Position numbers and translations under genes: made by a program
Origin: Wenzhouxiangellaceae bacterium
GTDB lineage: Bacteria > Pseudomonadota > Gammaproteobacteria > Xanthomonadales > Wenzhouxiangellaceae
Direction of reading: 5' to 3'
Length of the DNA stretch: 64,000 nt
Assembly: GCA_018334995.1 (NCBI GenBank)
Contig: JAGXKW010000003.1
Location: 35,996-99,995 of the forward strand
In this document: one piece after another, positions 11,253 to 19,791 of the stretch
How positions within the stretch are numbered: the stretch's first letter is position 1
How the letters are laid out: each line of letters begins with the position of its first letter
Notes under the pieces: model-generated
What the model was told of the DNA's origin: nothing
Databases searched by the model: none
What the model saw: the letters and a program-made list of their open reading frames with translations, nothing else

Positions 11253-11896
11253 ACGGATTGCGCCCGATGTCCAATCCGCCCGCAGCGATGATCATTCTCG
11301 GCGTCACGGTTGCGGCCTATCTGTTCCAGATGATGAATCAGCTCGAGTCGATCCGGCTGCTGGCTCTTTGGCCGCTGGATACTCCCGATCAGATCAACTT
11401 TTCCGGCATCGGCATTCTGGAAACCGGGTTCGGGATCTGGCAACTGTTCACCTACGCCCTGCTGCACGGTGGCATCGGCCACCTGTTCTTCAACATGTTC
11501 GCGCTCTACATGTTCGGGCTGCCCATCGAGCAGGCCTGGGGTTCGCGCCGATTCGTCATTTACTACGTCGTCTGCGTGGTCGGCGCCGGCATCGTCCAGC
11601 TCATCACGGCCGCGATCGCCGGCGGCGTGTATCCGACCATCGGCGCTTCCGGCGGCGTGTTCGGGGTTTTGCTGGCCTTCGGCATGATGTATCCCAATCA
11701 GCGGATCCTGCTGCTGATTCCGCCGGTACCGATCCGGGCCAAGTATTTCGTGATCGGCTACGGTCTGCTCACCCTGTTTTTCGGCGTCTCCGGGACCATG
11801 GCCGGGGTGGCGCATTTTGCGCACCTTGGCGGTATGCTGTTCGGGTTGGGCATGATCCTGTACTGGGGCCGCCGTGACTACTATCGCCGCCGATAG
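11249..11896 (+). CDS. rhomboid family intramembrane serine protease
   Basis: Start moved to ATG 11249, overlapping the cytochrome c stop (ATGA). Catalytic motifs GASGGVFG (Ser) and HLGGMLFG (His). Six predicted TM helices. Confidence 0.88.
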   Translation: MNGLRPMSNPPAAMIILGVTVAAYLFQMMNQLESIRLLALWPLDTPDQINFSGIGILETGFGIWQLFTYALLHGGIGHLFFNMFALYMFGLPIEQAWGSRRFVIYYVVCVVGAGIVQLITAAIAGGVYPTIGASGGVFGVLLAFGMMYPNQRILLLIPPVPIRAKYFVIGYGLLTLFFGVSGTMAGVAHFAHLGGMLFGLGMILYWGRRDYYRRR

Positions 11897-11950
11897 CGCC
11901 ACCGATAGCGCCACCGATAGCGCCACCGATAGCGCCACCGATAGCCGCCG
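11891..11950. repeat. 12-bp tandem repeat CGATAGCGCCAC x4 plus one degenerate copy
   Basis: Read directly. The first copy contains the rhomboid stop codon (TAG 11894-11896). The array ends 14 nt before ATG 11964 of the sensor diguanylate cyclase. Confidence 0.9.
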
Positions 11951-11963
11951 CTGGCCGAAGCGC

Positions 11964-14885
11964 ATGCGCCGCCTCCTGGCGCGCGGATTGTGCGCCTGCA
12001 TTGTCGCGGGCGCCGCCGCCGGCGTCCAGGCGCTTGATCCCGAATGGCAGGCATCGCAGTTCCTGCACGAGACTTACACGCGCGAGGACGGGCTGCCGGC
12101 AGACGTCGTGTGGACCGTGACCCAGACCCGCCAGGGCTACCTCTGGCTGGGCACGCAGAACGGGCTGGTGCGTTTCGACGGCATCCGGTTCGAGACGTTC
12201 AATGGCCAGAACACCCCGGCATTTGCCTCCAGCGACGTACGCGCGATCGCCGAATCATCCGCGGGCACCCTGTGGCTGGGCACCTACGGCGGCGGCGCGC
12301 TGCACCTCGCCGGCGGCGAGTTCAGCAAATGGACCCGCGACGACGGGCTGGCCGACGACATCGTCTACGATATCCACGTCGCCGGCGACGGTGCCGTGTG
12401 GTTCGCCACGGCCGGCGGCGCAAGCCGCCTGCACGACGGCGAGATCGAAAGCTGGACCGAGGCCGACGGCCTGGTCGCCAACCGCGTGTTCCGCATCGCC
12501 GAGGCCGACAACGGCGACTTGTGGCTGGCGACGCTGACCGGCGGCCTGAGCCGGTTCGACGGCGAAACGTTCACCAACTTCACCCCGGACGACGGCCTGG
12601 ACTCGGTCCAGATGCACATGCTGTTCGCAGACGAGACCGGCCTGCTGGCGGGCAGCTATACCGGCGGGCTGTTCAGTCTGGGCGCGCAACGGAATCCGGA
12701 GGCCCTGCCGCGCGGCAACCTGCCCGTCGACCTGCCCATGCAGTCGGCGCTGCGCGATGGCGACGGCAACCTCTGGATCGGCAGTTACGGGCGCGGCCTG
12801 TGGCGGTGGCAGATCGGGGGCCAGGCCCGGCCGTTCGAGCTGGACCGGGCCAGTCCGACGCATATCTTCGATCTGCTGGAAGACCGCGAGGGCAACGTCT
12901 GGGCCGCTACCATGAACGGCCTGCACCGGCTCAGCGAGGGTCTTTTCCTGGCCTGGGGCGAGCCCGAGGGTTTGGCCGACAGCACCTTCGTCGTGGCCGA
13001 ACAAGATGGCGCGATCCTGGCCGGCACCGAAGGCCGGGGACTGTACCGACTGGCCGAAAACGGCGAGATTTCGCGCACGACGACCGAAGACGGACTTTCG
13101 AGCAATTCCGTATCGGCGCTGATGGTCGATGCCGACAATCGGATCTGGGCCGGCACCTTCGGCGGCGGCGTCAACGTAATCGACGGCGATCGGATCCGCC
13201 ATATCGATACCGGCGACGGATTGAGCAGCGACCATGTCTTCGCGATTCACCAGCATGGCGACGGCAGCGTCTGGATCGCGGCGGAAGGCGGCATCAATCG
13301 CCTGCAGGACGGGGAAATCGAGGTGCTGACCGGCGACGACGGGTTTCCCGGAGGCCTGGCTCGGCACATCATGGAAGATGCATCCGGACGACTCTGGTTT
13401 GCCACCAATGACGGCCTGGTGCGTTATGACCGGGGACAGGTGCGCACGTGGGACGATACGGATGGTCTGGCCGGCAAGCTGGTTTCCACCACCTGGCAGG
13501 ACCCGGACGGTACGGTCTGGATCGGCCTCCGCAACGGCGGCCTGGCGCGCCTGGACGACGGGGGTCTGTTTCAGTACACCCAGTCCCACGGGATGCCGCA
13601 GCAGTCGGTGCTGGCGATTGTCGGGGACACTGCCGGGCACCTCTGGCTCAGCGGATCGACCGGGTTGGTTCGGGTGGGACTGGACAGCCTGGATGCGGTT
13701 GCCGAGGGCCGCGCGACCGCGCTCGATGCCCGTCTCTACAACGAGTCCGACGGGCTGCGCTCGTCGCAGTTCATGGGCGGTTTTCAGCCGGCCGGGCTGC
13801 GCGATTCGAACGGCCGCCTGTGGTTCCCGACCAATCGCGGGCTGGCCCGCCTGGGTTCGCGTCGGACCGAGGCCCCTGCCACCGATCTTGCCGTGGTCAT
13901 CGAGCAGGTGCGGGTCGATTCCGAGGTCGCGGCCGCCGGCGGACCGCTGTCTCTGCCGGCCTCGGCGCGCTCGCTGGAAATCGACTACACCGCGCCGCGG
14001 ATGAGCGCGCCCGAGCGTGTGCACTTTCGCTATCGGCTGACCGGTTTCGACGACGAGTGGCAACCGGCCGGTGAACGGCGCACGGCATATTTCACGGGCC
14101 TGACGCCGGGATCCAAGGTCTTCCAGGTTCAGGCGGCGTCCGTGGATAACGGATTCGACGATCCCGACCACGTCGTCACGCGCACCCTTGAACTGCACCG
14201 GGCGCCCTTCTGGTACCAGACCTGGTGGTTCATCTCGCTGGTGCTGATCGCGTCGGTCTTCACCGCCTATGCAATCTATCGCGTCGCTCTGCGCCAGTAC
14301 CGATTGCGTGAAAGACGCCTGGAACAACTGGTCAACCAGCGCACGCGTGAATTGCGCCGGGCACTGGTCAAGGTCGAACGAATATCGCGCATCGACGGCC
14401 TTACCGGGGTCGCCAACCGGCGCTATTTCGAGGAACGGCTGGCGCGCATGTGGACCGAGGCGGTCAAGCAGCGGATTCCGATCAGCCTGATCATGATCGA
14501 TATCGACCGCTTCAAGCAGTACAACGACAGCGCCGGCCACCAGGCCGGCGACGATTGCCTGCGCAAGGTCGCCGGCGCGCTGGAATCCGGCGTCGTGCGC
14601 GAGGAAGACCTCGTGGTGCGCTACGGCGGCGAGGAGTTCATCGTACTGTTGCCCAAGACCGACCAGCACGCAGCGCTGGCGGCGGCCGAACGCATCCGGG
14701 CGGCCATCCGCGCGCTCGATATCCCGCACCCCGACAGCGACGTGGCATCCAGCGTCACGGTCAGCATCGGCGTCGCGACGGCACGCGAGGGACACATCGC
14801 CAGTCCCGACGAATTGGTCGAGCGCGCCGACCGGGCGCTTTACCGTGCCAAGGGCGGCGGGCGCAACCGGATCGCGACCGACTGA
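11964..14885 (+). CDS. periplasmic beta-propeller (Reg_prop) / Y_Y_Y sensor diguanylate cyclase
   Basis: ATG 11964 gives signal peptide MRRLLARGLCACIVAGAAAGVQA. Many DGLxxxxVxxIxxDxxGxLWxGT propeller repeats. Y_Y_Y region VHFRYRLTGFDDEWQ. TM WWFISLVLIASVFTAYAIY. GGDEF domain with RYGGEEF and I-site REED. Confidence 0.9.
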   Translation: MRRLLARGLCACIVAGAAAGVQALDPEWQASQFLHETYTREDGLPADVVWTVTQTRQGYLWLGTQNGLVRFDGIRFETFNGQNTPAFASSDVRAIAESSAGTLWLGTYGGGALHLAGGEFSKWTRDDGLADDIVYDIHVAGDGAVWFATAGGASRLHDGEIESWTEADGLVANRVFRIAEADNGDLWLATLTGGLSRFDGETFTNFTPDDGLDSVQMHMLFADETGLLAGSYTGGLFSLGAQRNPEALPRGNLPVDLPMQSALRDGDGNLWIGSYGRGLWRWQIGGQARPFELDRASPTHIFDLLEDREGNVWAATMNGLHRLSEGLFLAWGEPEGLADSTFVVAEQDGAILAGTEGRGLYRLAENGEISRTTTEDGLSSNSVSALMVDADNRIWAGTFGGGVNVIDGDRIRHIDTGDGLSSDHVFAIHQHGDGSVWIAAEGGINRLQDGEIEVLTGDDGFPGGLARHIMEDASGRLWFATNDGLVRYDRGQVRTWDDTDGLAGKLVSTTWQDPDGTVWIGLRNGGLARLDDGGLFQYTQSHGMPQQSVLAIVGDTAGHLWLSGSTGLVRVGLDSLDAVAEGRATALDARLYNESDGLRSSQFMGGFQPAGLRDSNGRLWFPTNRGLARLGSRRTEAPATDLAVVIEQVRVDSEVAAAGGPLSLPASARSLEIDYTAPRMSAPERVHFRYRLTGFDDEWQPAGERRTAYFTGLTPGSKVFQVQAASVDNGFDDPDHVVTRTLELHRAPFWYQTWWFISLVLIASVFTAYAIYRVALRQYRLRERRLEQLVNQRTRELRRALVKVERISRIDGLTGVANRRYFEERLARMWTEAVKQRIPISLIMIDIDRFKQYNDSAGHQAGDDCLRKVAGALESGVVREEDLVVRYGGEEFIVLLPKTDQHAALAAAERIRAAIRALDIPHPDSDVASSVTVSIGVATAREGHIASPDELVERADRALYRAKGGGRNRIATD

Positions 14886-14956
14886 AGACGGCTGCTGCGA
14901 AACGACCAGGCCCGGCCGGGGCATCGCCCGCGACATCGGTTCATGAAGAATGCGGG

Positions 14957-15628
14957 TTAGCGGGCGCGCGGCAGCCGGCAGGCGTCCAGCAAACGGGCCC
15001 GACTGCGCGCGGCCAGCACCAGCGCGATCTCGGCGCAGGCAATGGCATCGTCGAGCGCGTTGTGTGCCGAGCGCGCATCCAGTCCGAAGTGTTCGCGCAC
15101 GGCTTCCAGCCGGGTCGATCCAGCGGGTGTTTCGTGGTCGCGTTCCAGTCGGCGTCGCCTGAACCAGTCCAGCGTGTCGATCCAGGGCGTGCGCCAGCCG
15201 AAGGCGAATTCCCGCCGCATCGCGCGATCCAGGAATGCCGTGTCCAGCGGGGCATGATGGAATACCGCGACCCGTCCATCGAGCGCCTGCAGCAGGGCCT
15301 GCAGTGCGGTATTCACCGTCTGGCCGCCGGCCCGGTCGCAATCGCGGATGCCGTGGATGGTGGCCGATTCGCCCACCGAGCGCGCGGGCCCGGGTCGAAT
15401 GCCGATTTCGCCGGCGCCGGCCATGTCGATGGCGCCGCGCTCGATCGGCACCCAGCCGATGCTGACGATGTCGTCGCGGCGCGCGTCCAGCCCGGTCATT
15501 TCAAGGTCCACGGCCAGCAGCGGCGCGGCGTCCACACGCAGCATCGGGTTCGGCAATGCGCGCGATGATCCACTGGCGCGCAGCGCGCGGTCCAGCCGAT
15601 GCCAGCGCCAGCGTTTCAGCGGTTTCAT
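14957..15628 (-). CDS. DEDDh 3'-5' exonuclease (DnaQ/epsilon-like)
   Basis: Exo motifs AVDLEMTGLD, HHAPLDTAFL, HNALDDAIACAE. ATG overlaps the stop of the upstream DUF294 gene (ATGA). Confidence 0.85.
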   Translation of the reverse strand: MKPLKRWRWHRLDRALRASGSSRALPNPMLRVDAAPLLAVDLEMTGLDARRDDIVSIGWVPIERGAIDMAGAGEIGIRPGPARSVGESATIHGIRDCDRAGGQTVNTALQALLQALDGRVAVFHHAPLDTAFLDRAMRREFAFGWRTPWIDTLDWFRRRRLERDHETPAGSTRLEAVREHFGLDARSAHNALDDAIACAEIALVLAARSRARLLDACRLPRAR

Positions 15629-17454
15629 AAAAGATAACGCAGGGCCAGCGCCTTCTGCGCCTCGCTGACGATCCGGAACGCCGAGCGCAGGTAGCGCCGG
15701 TGCAGCCCCGAGAGCTCGTCGGGATCGACCAGGTGGTCGGGCGCGTGGCCGGCTTCCAGCTGTCGCGCCTGGTGCGCGAGCCGGATGTCGGCGATGAACT
15801 TCAACGCATGGATCAGGTCGTCGCCGTCACTTTCGGTCATCAGCCCGGCGCCGGCGGCGGCCTCGATGCGTTCCTCGGTATGAATGACTTCCAGCGCGCC
15901 TTCCAGCGCCCGCACGCGGGCCAGGTCGACGATCGGAATCACGCCGCGCCTTTTCAGATTCAGACCGCGCGACTGCTCGCCGCCGTGTTCCTGCACGAAC
16001 TGTCGAAACAGGCCCACCGGCGGCTTGCGGCCGAGCGATTCGGAAGCCAGGAAGCGGCGGAAGATTTCGCTGTCGTGCGCTTGCTGCAAAACCTCGCGAT
16101 GCAGCCGCCCGGCCAGGTCGCCATCGCCGGCGACCGCGCGCAGGTCGAAAAAGATCGAGGATTGCATCACCGATTTCGGCGCCGGTTCGCGGATCCAGCG
16201 ATCGAAGCGCTTGCGCCAGCCCCGAAAAGACATGCGCCATTCGCCCTTGGCCATCACGCCCCCGGGGCAGAACACGTAGCCGCATTCGTTCAGTCCGTCG
16301 CAGACCCGCGTGGCCAGCGCCTCGAAGTACTCGGCCGCGGCATCGTCCGGCTCTTCGGCCAGCAGCAGGCCGTTGTCCTGGTCGCTGATCAGGCCCTGCT
16401 CGAGCCTGGCCTGCGAACCGAAAGCCAGCCACGCATATTTCAACGGCGCTTCGCCCAGTTCGTCTTCGGCCAGGGCGAGCAGGCGACGCGTGCAGGCATC
16501 GGTGATGCGCCCGGCGATGCGCCCGATTTCCGAGGCGCCGGCACCGGCATTGGCCAGGCCGGCCAGCATGCGCGGTCCGCGCCGGGCGAATTTTGCGACG
16601 CTTGCGCCCGTGTCGGCCCGCTGGATGTCGCGTACCAGCCGCAGCGGGTGCGGCGACTGCACGCGCACCAGGTCGCCGGCGCTGACCACCGCGGCGAGTG
16701 CGCCGTCCGCATCGGTCACCGGCAAGTGGTGGATGCCCAGGCGCATCATCTCGACCAGTGCCGCCTCGATGCGACCGCCGAGGGCCACGGTGGCCGGGTC
16801 GGCGGTCATGATGTCGCGCACCGGCCGCTCGGGGTCCAGCCCCCGGGCCAGCACCCGGTTGCGCAGGTCGCGGTCGGTGATGATGCCGACCAGTTCTCCG
16901 TGCTCGACAAGCGGCAGGCAGCTGACCTGGCTTTCGGCCATGGCCCGGGCGCAGGCGGCGATGGATGCCTCCGGTCCGGCCGTGACCGGTTTGCGCAGGC
17001 CCAGTTCGCCCAGGGTCTCGCGGCGCGCCCGGATCTGGCTTTCCTCGCGCAGCCGCGCCCCGGGCCCGGCTTCGAAGAACGCCGCCAGCGGCGGGTGGCG
17101 CTCCAGCATGGCACTGAGGTCCCTGGCTTCGAGTTGCCAGATCAGGCAATCCTCGATGGCGCGCGCGGAATAATCGTCGTGTTCGCCGCCGAACGCGATG
17201 CGGTGGCCGAACAGGTCGCCCTCGCCGCGCTGTTCGAGAATCTCGCCGTCCGGGTCCAGCAGTTCGACCGCGCCCTTGCGGATGATGAACAGCCCGTCGC
17301 CGCCGGGTGGGCTGAATTCGCCCAGGGCATCTCCCTTGGTGTGATAACGAACCTTGAGCCGGGCGGCCAGCGCTTCGACGGACGCGCTGTCCAGCCTGGA
17401 AAACGGGGCGACGGTCTGCAGGAAGCGGGTGATGTCGGGAGATGGGCGTGTCAT
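15625..17454 (-). CDS. cNMP-binding / CBS-pair / DUF294 putative nucleotidyltransferase
   Basis: N-terminal cyclic-nucleotide-binding fold (GDGLFIIRKGAVELLD), two CBS motifs (LVGIITDRDLRNRV; AAVVSAGDLV), pol-beta-type NTase signature FGSQARLEQGLISDQDNGLL, then a DUF294_C-like tail. Confidence 0.9.
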   Translation of the reverse strand: MTRPSPDITRFLQTVAPFSRLDSASVEALAARLKVRYHTKGDALGEFSPPGGDGLFIIRKGAVELLDPDGEILEQRGEGDLFGHRIAFGGEHDDYSARAIEDCLIWQLEARDLSAMLERHPPLAAFFEAGPGARLREESQIRARRETLGELGLRKPVTAGPEASIAACARAMAESQVSCLPLVEHGELVGIITDRDLRNRVLARGLDPERPVRDIMTADPATVALGGRIEAALVEMMRLGIHHLPVTDADGALAAVVSAGDLVRVQSPHPLRLVRDIQRADTGASVAKFARRGPRMLAGLANAGAGASEIGRIAGRITDACTRRLLALAEDELGEAPLKYAWLAFGSQARLEQGLISDQDNGLLLAEEPDDAAAEYFEALATRVCDGLNECGYVFCPGGVMAKGEWRMSFRGWRKRFDRWIREPAPKSVMQSSIFFDLRAVAGDGDLAGRLHREVLQQAHDSEIFRRFLASESLGRKPPVGLFRQFVQEHGGEQSRGLNLKRRGVIPIVDLARVRALEGALEVIHTEERIEAAAGAGLMTESDGDDLIHALKFIADIRLAHQARQLEAGHAPDHLVDPDELSGLHRRYLRSAFRIVSEAQKALALRYLL

Positions 17455-17489
17455 GAGTCCGATTCTATGGCTTTTCGGTCCGTGCGGAC

Positions 17490-17518
17490 AAAAAACCGGC
17501 GGTGCCGTGCACCGCCGG
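17490..17518 (-). terminator. rho-independent terminator downstream of the symporter gene
   Basis: On the minus strand: CCGGCGGTG-CACGG-CACCGCCGG followed by TTTTTT, 51 nt after the stop at 17569. Confidence 0.65.
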
Positions 17519-17568
17519 AGTCGTGCGGCCGCCGGGACGGCGGCCGTGCCAGGGGAGGGACAGCGGGC

Positions 17569-19332
17569 TCAGTGCGCCTGGGCCCCGCCGGCACCGCGCG
17601 GAACGCGGATATCCTCGATCAGTTCGCGAATATGCTTCGGCGGCGCGGCGGTGAACCGGCTGATGGTGAAGGCCACGCCGAAGTTCAGCAGCATGCCGAC
17701 CACGCCGATGCCTTCGGGCGAGATGCCGAACAGCCAGTTTTCCGGCACGTTCGCGGCGATCGGGGTGATGAAGATGCCCTTGAAGTAAAGGATGTAGCTG
17801 AAGGTGAAGATCAGCCCGGTCAGCATGCCGGCGATCGCGCCTTCGCGATTGATCCGGGTCGAGAAGATGCCCATGATGATTGCCGGGAACAGCGAAGCGG
17901 CGGCCAGGCCGAACGCGAAGGCGACCACCTGGGCGACGAAGCCGGGCGGGTTGTAGCCCAGGTAGCCGGCAACGCCGATGGCCACCGCTGCCGCGATGCG
18001 TCCCGTCAGCAGTTCACCCCGATCGCTCATGTTGGGGGCAATGATGTTCTTGACCAGGTCGTGCGACACGGCCGAGGAAATCACCAGCAGCAATCCCGCC
18101 GCGGTCGACAGTGCGGCGGCCACCCCCCCGGCGGCGATCAGTGCGATCACCCAGTTCGGCAGGTTGGCGATTTCCGGGTTGGCCAGCACCATGATGTCTC
18201 GGTCGACCACCAGCTCGTTGCCTTCCCAGCCCTTGGACTCCGCGATGGGCGCGAAGTCGGGGTTGTCGCTGTTGTAGTACTGGATGAGTCCGTCGCCGTT
18301 GTTGTCGGTGAAATCCAGCAGCCCGGTGTTTTCCCAGGTGCGGAACCACTCCGGCCGGTCCTCGTAGGCCAGCGGCTGGCTTTCGGCCACTTCGCCGGGC
18401 CAGATTGTCTCGATCAGGTTCAGCCGTGCCATGGCGCCGACGGCCGGCGCGGTGGTGTAGAGCAGGGCGATGAACAGCAGCGCCCAGCCGGCCGACTTGC
18501 GGGCGTCCGAGACCTTGGGCACGGTGAAGAAGCGCACGATCACGTGCGGCAGCCCGGCCGTGCCGACCATCAGCGCCAGTGTGATCGCCGCGACGTCGAT
18601 CATGGCTTTGCTGCCGTCGGTATAGGCGCCGAACCCGAGGTCCTGGACCACCATGTCCAGCTTGTCCAGCAGGTACATCGACTCGCCGGAAACCGTGGAG
18701 CCCAGTCCGAGCTGCGGCAGCGGATTGCCGGTCAGCTGGATGGAGATGAAGACGGCCGGCACCGTGTAGGCGAAGATCAGCACGCAATACTGCGCCACCT
18801 GGGTGTAGGTGATGCCCTTCATGCCCCCGAGCACGGCATAGATGAACACCACGCCCATGCCGATCAACAATCCGGTCAGGATGTCGACCTCGAGAAAGCG
18901 CGAGAATACAATGCCGACGCCGCGCATCTGCCCGGCCACGTAGGTGAATGAAATGAAGATCAGGCAGATGACCGCGACGACGCGCGCGGTGCGCGAATAA
19001 TAGCGATCGGCGATGAACGAGGGCACCGTGAACTTGCCGTACTTGCGCAGGTAGGGCGCCAGCAGCAGCGCGAGCAGCACGTAACCGCCGGTCCAGCCCA
19101 TCAGGTAGACCGAGCCGTCGTAGCCCAGAAACGCGATCAGGCCGGCCATCGAGATGAACGAGGCCGCCGACATCCAGTCCGCGGCCGTGGCCATGCCGTT
19201 GGCGACCGGGTGAACGCCTTTGCCCGCCACGTAGAAATCGCCGGTCGAATGTGCCCGCGACCACACCGCGATGCCGATGTAGATCAGGAAGGTGAAGCCG
19301 ACGACGAGGTAAGTCAGTGTTTGAAGATCCAT
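17569..19332 (-). CDS. sodium:solute symporter family transporter (ActP-like; large subunit of a two-component symporter)
   Basis: 587 aa, approx. 13-14 TM. MDLQTLTYLVVGFTFLIYIGIAVWSRA...GDFYVAGKGVHPVANGMATAADWMSAASFI is typical of SSF/acetate-permease-like carriers. Starts 13 nt after the DUF4212 gene. Confidence 0.93.
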   Translation of the reverse strand: MDLQTLTYLVVGFTFLIYIGIAVWSRAHSTGDFYVAGKGVHPVANGMATAADWMSAASFISMAGLIAFLGYDGSVYLMGWTGGYVLLALLLAPYLRKYGKFTVPSFIADRYYSRTARVVAVICLIFISFTYVAGQMRGVGIVFSRFLEVDILTGLLIGMGVVFIYAVLGGMKGITYTQVAQYCVLIFAYTVPAVFISIQLTGNPLPQLGLGSTVSGESMYLLDKLDMVVQDLGFGAYTDGSKAMIDVAAITLALMVGTAGLPHVIVRFFTVPKVSDARKSAGWALLFIALLYTTAPAVGAMARLNLIETIWPGEVAESQPLAYEDRPEWFRTWENTGLLDFTDNNGDGLIQYYNSDNPDFAPIAESKGWEGNELVVDRDIMVLANPEIANLPNWVIALIAAGGVAAALSTAAGLLLVISSAVSHDLVKNIIAPNMSDRGELLTGRIAAAVAIGVAGYLGYNPPGFVAQVVAFAFGLAAASLFPAIIMGIFSTRINREGAIAGMLTGLIFTFSYILYFKGIFITPIAANVPENWLFGISPEGIGVVGMLLNFGVAFTISRFTAAPPKHIRELIEDIRVPRGAGGAQAH

Positions 19333-19345
19333 GTTCGCCAGCTCC

Positions 19346-19618
19346 TTATTCTTCGTGCACGTCGTGTTCGCGATCGAGCTTGTTCATGCGCCAGGCATAG
19401 AAGAAGATCAGGATCAGGAATGTATAGATGGCCCCTTGCTGGGCGAACCAGAAGCCGAGTTCGTAGCCGAACAGCGGGATGTTGTTGAGCGGTTCGACGA
19501 GGATGATCCCGAACCCGAATGAAACGACGAACCAGACGATCAGGCAGCCGAACATTATTTTCTTGTTCGCGTTCCAGTAGGCGTCCCGACGATCCTGGTG
19601 TTCCGATTGCTGCGACAT
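19346..19618 (-). CDS. DUF4212 small membrane protein (putative symporter small subunit)
   Basis: Start set at ATG 19618 (GGAGGG 7 nt upstream): MSQQSEHQDRRDAYWNANKKIMFGCLIVWFVVSFGFGIIL...FWFAQQGAIYTFLILIFFYAWRMNKLD. Two TM helices, approx. 90 aa. Confidence 0.85.
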   Translation of the reverse strand: MSQQSEHQDRRDAYWNANKKIMFGCLIVWFVVSFGFGIILVEPLNNIPLFGYELGFWFAQQGAIYTFLILIFFYAWRMNKLDREHDVHEE

Positions 19619-19791
19619 CTCCATACCCTCCGGCATTCGTGCGGTTTGGAGAAAATGTAGCAGCGGGGATCTTCGATTGCGCTTCGACTTTAGTCGACAT
19701 GAAGGGCCGTGGACGCGAGGCGCGCGCTGGCGGTGCATCGATACGGACTGCTATGATCGCCCGGTCGCCCTTGCCCACGGTATAGCCGTCG

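Noticed and set aside
11874-11963. GTG 11874 start giving an N-terminal (DSAT)4 repeat on the sensor diguanylate cyclase
   Set aside because: It overlaps the rhomboid 3' end. The repeat is a DNA-level 12-mer array. ATG 11964 gives a canonical signal peptide. Kept only as an alternative in the repeat finding.
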